Of a stretch of DNA of 64,000 nt, positions 54,237-64,000 are shown one piece after another. Under the pieces are notes generated by a model. The model worked only from the letters and a program-made list of their open reading frames with translations, did no database searches and had not been told where the DNA came from. Made by a program: the position numbers and the translations under genes. Numbering within the stretch: the first letter of the stretch is position 1; every line of letters starts with the position of its first letter. Origin of the DNA: Felis catus (Eukaryota); NCBI RefSeq assembly GCF_018350175.1, contig NC_058368.1, forward strand, positions 144,772,001 through 144,836,000, given 5' to 3'.

Positions 54237-55934
54237 AAATACCTCTTTTCTCCTTTTGTTATTCTTCATTTCCCAGTACAAACAGATGTTGCAGGCTCAT
54301 CTTGTATTTTTTGCTTCCCCAGCCCTGAAACTAGGCATTTCTTTAAGGAAGACTGGTTCCTTTTAGTGGGAAACAAAGAGTGTGCAATGACTTCTCACAA
54401 AACAGCCTAAAAATGTTCTTTCTGGCAGTTCCACACTTTGTAAAGAGCCCTTATGCTTTCTGCTTAACAATATACTGCCTTAAATTTTAGAATCATTTAA
54501 TACCGACATGTCTTTTCTCTCCAAATAGATTAATTAATTAATTAATTAAATTAATTAATTAATTGAATACATTATTTTATATACCTCATATTGACCACAC
54601 ACTGGTCTAAGCATAAGCCAAGGCCCCTGTTCTCAGGGAGCTGTCAGTCTGGTAGGGAACACAGGTGGATAAGTCAGTAGTGTAATGTGGTGAGGGCCTA
54701 TCAAAGGATAGGATATACAGTGCCATGGAGACACAGAGAGGGGAAGCTCTCTTCTGGATGGCCATGTCCAAGAAGTCTTCATTGCTTTGGTAATCAAGCA
54801 GCAGGGCCTAAGCATCCTAAGCAAGGAAGATGCTTTTGCTGCTCTCAGAATTGACTAGATTTGGAAAACCAGGCTTGACAGGAGGCAGAAACAAAGGCTG
54901 TGCTTCAGGACTGGGAAGCATAGCAAAGTTGCTTATTATACCACAAGATTCTGGTATGATCTTGCCCGTTTTCCTTCCTGGTAGACCTTGGTCAAGATCT
55001 AAAGACCCGAGAGAACATTTGCCCGACCAAGTTTAGGTCATATGCCTATTCATGACCCTAGGGCTTAGGAAGAAAAAATTATAGGAAGGGGTGAAATCAG
55101 TTTCTCTCAGTTTCAGTAGAGATGAGACAAGTAACTAGAATTGCCTTTTCACTAAGATTAAACAATTATTTCCTAAAAGGAGATTGAGCTCTGAATGGGA
55201 ATGGAGAGTGGAAGCAAGACAAATTTTTAAAATTACCAATGAGCCATACAGGGGTATTCAAGCATGTGGAAGACTATAGGGAAAGGCAAGTTCTTGATAA
55301 TTTTGTTGAACTGCTAGATCAAGTCTCACCTGAAATCACTTTGGAGCTTTCCAGTTACATGAACAAATAAATCTTTCCTATGTTCCCTTCTACTCTCTCT
55401 CTCCCTCTTAGTCCTTTAAGACCATTTGCCTTTGGTTATCTGTCATGTGTCACCAAAAGATTTCTAGCTGCTACACCACCACAATGCTTTTATAATTGCT
55501 GTTCTTTTATTTCCTATGAAAATATTCATTTCTATTTTTCAATCTCTGAGTGACATCAGGCTGTTCATTGTTAGCTCATATCAGGTGAGTGATCAATCTA
55601 GCTTATAATATCATACTTTCATTTTCGGTCAATTGTTTCAGATAGGTGATATACTTGTATAATGATGTTGGATTGTACCCTGTGTAGTATCCTAATAAAA
55701 CAAAGGAAACATTATATTGGAAATCGTTTTTTCTTACATCAATTTTGAAATCAATTTTTCAACCATGTAGCTAATCGTGCTAGAGATGCAGGAACCTACA
55801 CAATCATCCGTGTGTCCTCAAATCAGGCAAATGGTCAGTTTCCACTGGGCTTTACCTCACCAGCTGTACATGGGTGCTACTGGGTATGGAAAGCAGTGTC
55901 AAACAGATCCAGATCAGTTCCTGCCCCTATGGGA

Positions 55935-56480
55935 GACTAAGAAAGTAACCTAAGAAGAATGGGGACTTGATACTTCTTACATTGAAAGATGGGGTCTTTG
56001 TCCATTCTCCTTAAATCTGTCAGGACTGTGACAGCTTCCTACAATAGGGTACATACTTTGTGACTACGTGATATTATGTGACTTCCTAGGCTTGGTCATA
56101 AAAGACCATGCATTTCTGCCTGGTTCTCTTGGGGCTCTTTCTGGAGGCAGCCAGCCTGTAAAATCCAAGTTCCTTTCAATTGCCATGTTGAAGAGGTATG
56201 TAATGGCCTCTGGTCAATAGTCCCAGCTTAGCTCCAGGCTGATGGCCAGCTTTAACTGCCAGTCAACTGAGTGAGCATTCTTGGATAACCAACCTTGTCA
56301 AGCCTTGAGAATGACACTGCTCAGTTGATATCTTCTCACAAATGCATCAGAGACACCAAGCAAAAACTACCCAAAGAGTTCCTATATTGCTGATACACAC
56401 AATTATTTTCATAATAAAATGGTTGTTGTGAGCTGCTGAGTTTGGGGGTAATTTGTTAGGCAGTAATAGTAACCAGAACA
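55935..56480 (+). mobile_element. Old MaLR LTR (MLT1F/G-like)
   Basis: tgtgacttcctaggcttggtcataaaaga; 3' end ataataaaatggttgttg..ttgggggtaatttgttaggcagtaatagtaaccagaaca. Confidence 0.65.
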
Positions 56481-57285
56481 GGGATCCAGGGCAGAGCATA
56501 CTCTCTTTATTTGTAGTCCTGTCTCTAAAAATTGTGGGCCTTAGAGCAAAAGTCCAAGTGGAGCCCCATATACCATATGTCTAAATATTTAAGACTATAC
56601 ATCAAGTGAGCAAATTGTTAAATAAAATTTGTGCTGTCATCTCATTTTAAAAATATACATTCATGATGACAAAATAGAAAGTTGGCAAAATGTAAAACAC
56701 AACTGAATTTAATTAATGATATACATGTCTGTTCTGTTGATGGGCTGGTGATGTTTGGATGAATAACTGTTCCATATCGCAGAAAGTTACACGGCTACTA
56801 TGTGCCACTGTTATAAGTACTGCCTTAATTCCCAAGGATCTCCTGAGTCAGGAATTAGAACATGAGGACAGAGGGCAGAGATAGCATTCTTGGGAAATAT
56901 CTTGGTATGCAATAGAGTCTATTGTATACATAACCATCCCACAGTAAAGTTTTGGCAAGTGAGTTAATTTCTCTTTTCACTTACCTGAGAATTTCTCTCA
57001 CTCAGATTCTCATACTCTCTAAAGCAGTGTTTATTGCTGACACTGAAAAAAAACAAACCTTTATTAAATTCAAACACAGCCCCCTTTTGATTGAGAACAT
57101 AAGGCAAACAAGGTGGAGAGGCATTTTCCTAGGGCCTGAAGAGTATTACCATCAGAGTGGATATTTAGGCTTAAGGATAATGCCATGTCAGTGCCGAAGG
57201 CCAGATCCCGAGGCAGAGTATCTCATATACTTTAATACTAATTTAGGTGAGTGAACTTGTGATATGTGGGGCCCTTTAAAGTGCA

Positions 57286-57485
57286 GTGGTTCAGTTGGTT
57301 AAGCATCCTACTTGGCTCAGGTCATGATCTCACGGTGCGTGGGTTCGAGCCCCACACTGGGCTCTCCATTCTCAGCACAGGGCCTGCTTCAGATCCTCTG
57401 TCTCCCTCTCTCTCTCTGCTCCTCCGCTGCTCTCTCTTTCTCCCTCTCTCTCTCAAAAATAAACACTAACACTTTTTTTTTTTTT
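57286..57485 (+). mobile_element. CanSINE, slightly 5'-truncated
   Basis: gtggttcagttggttaagc..ggtcatgatctcacgg..(CT)n; flanked by aagtgcag. Confidence 0.85.
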
Positions 57486-60400
57486 AAGTGCAGGATTAAG
57501 GCAGAGGCCCCTTTTGCTGTAAGGGCATTGTCACTTCATTGTTCTATGACATAGGGACAGGTATCTGGGAAACAATGGTGGGAATCTATGTGGGGTTTTA
57601 TCCACCTCCAACCCCCAAGCCCCAGTAGAGAACAATGACGAGGATGCAAACCTACTGTTTAGTGATTGATAATCAGCCACTGTTTTCATTTATTGAACCC
57701 TTACTATGTGCCAGAAGCTTTTCTAGGCACAGTAATGAGCAAGGCAGTCAGAGTTCCTGCTTTCAGAGAGCTCACATGCTAATGAGAAAAGACCAAAGAC
57801 AAACACACAGATTAACTAATAAGTAAGATAAGTTAACATCAAAATGAATGCTAAAAAGAAAATAAAGCATGAAATGGGGGTGGGAACAGACAACTTTGGC
57901 TGTGTGGTCAGGGAGGAGCTCCCTGGGGGGAGGTGACCTTTGGGCTGAGACCCAGAATAAGAACAGGAAGCAATAATGCAAACATTGGGCAGAGAAGGTA
58001 ACTGGATTTCTTGATATTAGAGGGTTAAGAAAAACCACTTTTTAAACTTCAGTACTTGCTGAACTTAAGTACTTTGGCCCACTTTCTTGGTATAGTCTAT
58101 AGTATCGCAAATATAAAATCTTTTATTCTTATGGATGTTGTGCCACCTTGATTAATGCATAGAATGTAGATGTAGATTATGTTGTGATGAGACCAATCCA
58201 GAACATACCCTACAAAATACATAGCTCTAATAGATTTTTTTATATTAGCTTACTTTTCTGCTTCTCTTTCTCAAGCAGCAAATTAATAGCAAATTATGTC
58301 TTTGAGACTTCTGTCTATAACTGATTGTCTATAACAACTTAGCTAGGTAAATTTTTAAAAAGCTAAACCTACTTAGAATGTGATTCTTTAGTCCTATACA
58401 CATGTCATGAGATTTTTAATTAAAGATACTTGAAGTTGTAAGTTCTTAGCCAGTTTATCTTATAGGCTGAAATAAAGCAAAATCTTATTGTTTTTCAAAT
58501 TAAAAGGAAATTTACCAGTTGATTTTAAGAGAAATATGCATGTATAATTATTTTTTTGATAAACAATAAATATTAATTCATATAATTAAATCAACCTAAG
58601 AATTTTCAATGTTCTAATTATAAAGAATCAGTAGACTTTGTTAGTAATCTTAGCAATATTTATAGTTGTGTGTGCCAGACAGTATACAAAGTGATTTATA
58701 TGCATGATTCCATATAATTGTCATGAGGCCCTGCATGGAGTTTTGTAGGTACTGTTAATAATTACTATTTTATATATCGAAAATAAGCACAAGTTAATAC
58801 CTTGTTACATAATGGGAAATGGTAGAGCCAGCAATTGAACTGACTTCAGAGTCAACTTAGTGCTTGAGATTATGACAAGAGTTTTCTGGATATTTTATAC
58901 TATTTTATTTATTATTCTTTATAATATTGCCATGATTGTATTCTTATTTTAATAATTAATTTGAAACTTATTTCATCCCTAAGAGTTTGGGTTTTTTAAG
59001 TTATTATAACTTCAGAAATTCAGCATAATTTATCAATTTTTTTCTGTAAAATGAACCTTTATTCTAAAACATATCCAAAATTGCAAGACACAAGTATCAC
59101 TGAAACAGGTGAATGTATAATAGAGTATGGTTAAACATACAAAATATAACTTTAGCCTTTTAAAGAAGTCTTCATCAATAAAACCCAATTAAAAATTTTT
59201 GCTTTAAAACAGTGTAAATTATGTACATTAATTCTTGTGTAATTCCCAAAACATAGTCAAAGTAAAATCCAAAACTATACAAAAACTGTGAATTCAAGTA
59301 CAAAAAAACCCCGTATATATCTACCTTTAACGAATCTGTGCAGATATAGAGTGCACCAAATTAACTGTAGTCTAATTCAGAACAAACTGCACAATGAAGT
59401 AAGGAAAAATGCCCGTAACAAATCCTACACAAAAGATCAAAGATTTTATAAAATGACTGTCAACGATTACATGATCTGGTAGCTGCCTCCCTCTTCCTCT
59501 TTCCCTATGTACAAAATCAAGTTCTGTCAAGTCTGATGTTAACCACTTGCATGCCTTTTAGACACTGGGTTTTTTAAAGACTTTTTCATTAAAATCACTC
59601 TCCTGTGACATCTTCTTCTCATCAGTATGTCTTCTTCATATTCTAAACATTTCAGGTATTAAAATCTCATTACTACATCAGTATATTCTTCAGGGAGTTT
59701 TCTTCCCTGAAGTGGACATTTAAAGTTCTCTTCACATGAATGAAAAAGAATAGGCAATCTCCACAAGAACAAGATGACATCACAGAAATGTATTTTTATG
59801 TATTTTTATGCTCAGTTCTTGAAATATTATTAGCAACTTCACCAGGTTAACGTTTTAGAGCTTAGACACAATAAAAGTTCAGATTGTAGTCAAGGGGACA
59901 ATCCTTGTCCAGACATAGGCATTTTTTTTTTTTTCATTCTTGTTAAATATGTGACTAGGTTTAATGCAATGGGCAGAGGACATATTTAATCATGTCACTT
60001 CCGGCTCATCACTTCTTAAGTGATTCTTTATTTAGAAACCTAGTTATCTGAAAAAACTGGTATTATTAGACTATTTTCTTGGCATTTTCAATGAGAATTG
60101 ACTGTTATATACAGGAAAATGACCTTAAAAAATTAAGGTGGTAAATTTAAATTTAAAATTAAGTGGTAAATTTTCAATAAACCAGACCCCCAAACTTGCT
60201 CTTATTAGCAGATAAAAAAAAGATTAAAACTTTTTTTCTGATTATTTTTCTACATCAATACAATTTTCTAGCTATTTATAAGATCTTATCTTCACATTAA
60301 TTATGTTAGATACAGCATTATTATAGTATCAAAATGTAATAGCACTAAGAAGTATTTTATCACTTTTAATTCCTTGAGATGGTGCTTAGAGATTTTTCAA

Positions 60401-60699
60401 ACCAGTGTTCTTATTTTAGAGCTGAACAAACTGAGGCTTGGAGGGAACATAAATAACCTGTTCAGAGTATAACCCACACTTTCTCTCTGCTGAGACTGTG
60501 GTTTGTCTCTCTGTGACACTACCTACAGTGCTAGAATAGGAGATCTTTCCTTTTTTTTTAATTTTTAGGTAATCAAGATATTCTTAATAAGCAAAAGTAA
60601 TATAGAAAGTCAGTATCTGAAGGTTTTTTGTTTTTTTTCCCTAGAGGTTACACATATTCCAGCTTCCTGTTTGGGGGGAGTCAAATTTTTATGTTTTGT

Positions 60700-62035
60700 T
60701 TCACCTGAACATAAAACCTGAAATCATAACACTCCTAGAAGGAAACAGAGTAAAAGCTCTTTGGCGGTGGTCTTGGCAGTGTTTTTTGGTTAGGACACCA
60801 AAAGAACAGGCAGCAAAATCAAAATAATTAAGAGGGATTATATCAAACTAAAAAACCTCTGCACAGCGAAGGAAACAATCAGCAACATGGCAAAGTAACC
60901 TACAGAGTGGGAGAAAATATTTTTAAGCCATATACAGTAAAACCTGGGATTGCAACTAACTTGTTCTGTGAGTGTTCCACAAGATGAGCAAACATTCCTA
61001 ACAAATTTTAACTTGATAAACGAGTGATGTCTTGCAATATGAGTAGTACATGAGGCTGAACATCACATTGTCACAACTGAGCCAATGGTTCTTGAAATTC
61101 GCTTTGATATACAAGTGCTTTGGATTATAAACATGCTTCTGGAATGAATTATGCTTGCAAACCAAGGTTTTACTGTATCTCATAAGGATTTAATATTCAA
61201 AATATAAGAGGACTCCTACAATTCAATAGCAAAATAATCTGATAACCTGATTAAAAAATGGGCAGACTTGAAGAAGACATACAAATGGCCAAGAGGTGCT
61301 CAACATCACTCATTATCAGGGAAATGCATATCAAAACTACAGTGAAATATCACCTCACACCTGTTAGGATGTAGCTTATTAAAAAAAACAACAACAAAAG
61401 CTAAAAAGTGTTAACAAGGATGTGGAGAAAAGGGACACTTTGTATACTGTTGGTGAGAACGTAAATTGGTGCAGCCACTGTGGAAAACATTATTTAGGTT
61501 TTTCAGAAAATTGAAAATAAAGCTACCATATGATCCAGTTATCCTGTTTCTGTTTATCTGAAGAAATTGACACCAGGATTCCAGAGACATCCATTTGTTC
61601 CCATGTTCATTGCAGCATTATGCACAATAGCCAAGATATGAAAACTACCTAAATGGCTAGATTTAAAAAATGTTATCTATATATACAATGGAAAATTATT
61701 CAGCCTTAACCAAAGAAGGAAATACTGCTATTTGCAACAACACGGATTGATCTGGAGAATTTTATGCTAAGTGAAATAAACAACAACGAATACTGCATGA
61801 TCTTACTTATGGTGGAAACTAAAATAGTGAAACTGATAGAAACAGAGGATGGAATGGTGATTACCAGGAGTTGGGGTAAGGGGAAAATGGGGAGGTGATG
61901 TACAAAGGGTAGAAAGTTGTAATTGTATAAGGTAAGTTCTGGAGATGTGATACACAGTATAGTGCCTATAGCTAACAATACTGTATTATAGACTTAAACA
62001 TTTCTAAGACAGTATATCTTCTGTTAACTGTTGTT
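60700..62035 (+). mobile_element. Old L1 (L1MA/MB-type) 3' region
   Basis: Degenerate ORF2 C-terminus and 3'UTR (aagttctggagatgtgatacacagtatagtg..acaatactgtatt). Confidence 0.85.
60935..61175. mobile_element. Tc1/mariner-superfamily (Tigger-like) MITE nested in L1
   Basis: TIRs CAGTAAAACCTGGG / CCAAGGTTTTACTG; TA duplication at 60933-34 and 61176-77. Confidence 0.85.
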
Positions 62036-62039
62036 ACCA

Positions 62040-62042
<3 letters not shown>

Positions 62043-62084
<42 letters not shown>
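62043..62084. repeat. (CA)n microsatellite
   Basis: Direct observation. Confidence 0.95.
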
Positions 62085-62086
<2 letters not shown>

Positions 62087-64000
62087 TAATAATAATCAAG
62101 GGGTGGGAGGAGTGTATACTTATCTCCAAATTCACTTAGTTGTATATATTAGATATGTACAGCTTTTTACCTGTCAAGCATACCTCAGTAAAATGGTTTA
62201 AAACAAGCAAAACAAAAAGAACAAAAAACATGTAAGCTTTAAAAGTTTTAAGAACTTTACCGCTTTTTGATGTCAGTCACCCACTGGGAATATACAAATG
62301 GTGCTATGTCTTGAGACCTCTGTGCTCTCACATACCTTTTATGTTCAGGGAGAGGAAACTTAACTTTGGCAGTGAGTGTGTGCATACTCATTTGCTGCCC
62401 AGCAGCTGTGTCTGCAATACCAGCCAGAGGTGCTGTCTGCATGCACTCTCTACCTTGCCGACCCCTCACCCTTTAACCTTAGCCTTTGAGTGTACATGCG
62501 AGTCATTTGGGATGCAATAAGTTCATCCCATTTTAATAAGCATATTCCCTAGTTAATTTTACTTGCCTATCTGTAAAGGAGGAAGTCTTATCTCATGGAC
62601 ATAGGAGTTAGTTATTGTAAACAACCATTAAATAATCAGGTTTCAGGAATATGATTTAATTATTTTCCTTAAGAACATACTATTTTAATTTTTGAAAGCC
62701 AAACAATTAATCAGTTGTAACTAGGTATGATTGCTTCACTGCCAACAGCTGCCCCCTCCCCTTATGTCAGGTGTTGAAGTAACTGAATGAATGTGTTTGC
62801 ATGAAAATAGTGTAATAGCATGATTTGATGAAATAGATTTACAGAAAAAATGTTCATAGGTGAAATGAGCATGCATCTCAAAAAGATTTAGATTATTTAT
62901 ATGTACAGATTTTTGTGAGTCTTAGAAGCCTAGATACATTTACTGTAAATCATAATTAGGAGCTGTTGATTGAAGAGGCGAGTGTGGCTTTTTATAAAGC
63001 AATCAGGTCATACTTCATTCGTGTAAAAGACCAATAATTACAGATGAGTGGGCATGCTCTCTCTCTCCTCTGGTCTCTCCTATTGTTTCAAAACATTGAT
63101 AAGTGTTACCACACTTTCATAATATCCCATTATAGACAAGATATAAAATATTAATAGGCATTCGTTTCAATGTTGTACTATGCTATTAAAAGGCAGAGAG
63201 AACTCAGGACCTTCAGAAAATCCTATGCCTCCCTAATATTACATACCTAACATTTATTGTAGAAACCAGGAATCCTGTTTAAGAAAAACAAAATGTAACC
63301 AGCTCATTGTTGAGCTCTCATTTTCTACCAATCACAGAACACTTCCCTTGTTTCTTTCCCTAAAAACTGCTCAAATCCAGGTGGGCAAATAAAAGTAAAA
63401 ACAAAACCCCAAGAAATAAAACCAAGCTTATACAATATAAACTATAAATTCCTCAAAATGTCTGAATAAGGAATTAGAAGTCAAAGGTAAGATTTACAAC
63501 AGGTTGTGTAGGTTTCTGTGAGAACTAACAGAGGGGCATTGGTGCCAGCGAGGCAGTGATGCTAAGCGAGGCTAAGTAGCTGCTAACTTGTGTTGTATTG
63601 ACTGAAGGAACAACCTGGTAAGTGTTTACTAACATTGTTTCTATAATAGGACTCCAGGGACCAATGGGGAGAGACACAAGTAGTAAGAGATTGAGAAAGA
63701 TTATTGTCAACTGGCTTGGATGTAAACAGTGGGTCTTGTGGTAGAGATGGGGAGTTTGGTTTATGCCAAAGCAAAACATCTTGAAAAATTGCTTAATGGA
63801 GAAATGAATTCTTTTATCAAAATGTAATCATTCACCACAGGAAAAAAATGCAGTAATTGTGTGAGAGGCCATTACCACTTACTATGTAGTTTAAGATCTG
63901 ATCGACTTGGCTTTTAGTTAACTATGTTTTCCTGGAGTCTTTTTTTGTCTTATAATATTTCAAAAAAGACTGGACTTTTTTTTCCCCCAGTCTTTTTCCA

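Overview
Mammalian genomic DNA, almost certainly a felid: it carries many tRNA-derived CanSINE/SINEC copies and young cat-type L1s. The only protein-coding gene I can support is ACOT12 (cytosolic acetyl-CoA hydrolase/STARD15; two hotdog thioesterase domains plus a START domain) on the minus strand. I traced coding exons 1-12 by hand. The ATG is at 46901, all introns are GT-AG, and phases are consistent over 1262 coding nt with no stops. The remaining 3' exons lie left of the window. Exon 1 sits in a CpG island. The rest is intronic or upstream DNA rich in SINEs, L1/L2, MaLR/ERV LTRs, DNA-transposon relics and microsatellites; most listed ORFs are repeat-derived or spurious. I see no novel multi-gene system. 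The most notable unexplained structures are: (i) a dense cluster of perfect nuclear-receptor half-sites with DR1/ER6 and FOXA motifs in intron 5; (ii) a TSD-bounded L1 whose 5'UTR is fused directly to mid-ORF2; (iii) repeated reuse of single L1-endonuclease target sites, with 3' transductions; (iv) inverted repeat pairs able to form dsRNA in the pre-mRNA. Repeat family names and human protein comparisons are from memory, not from searches, and repeat boundaries are approximate.
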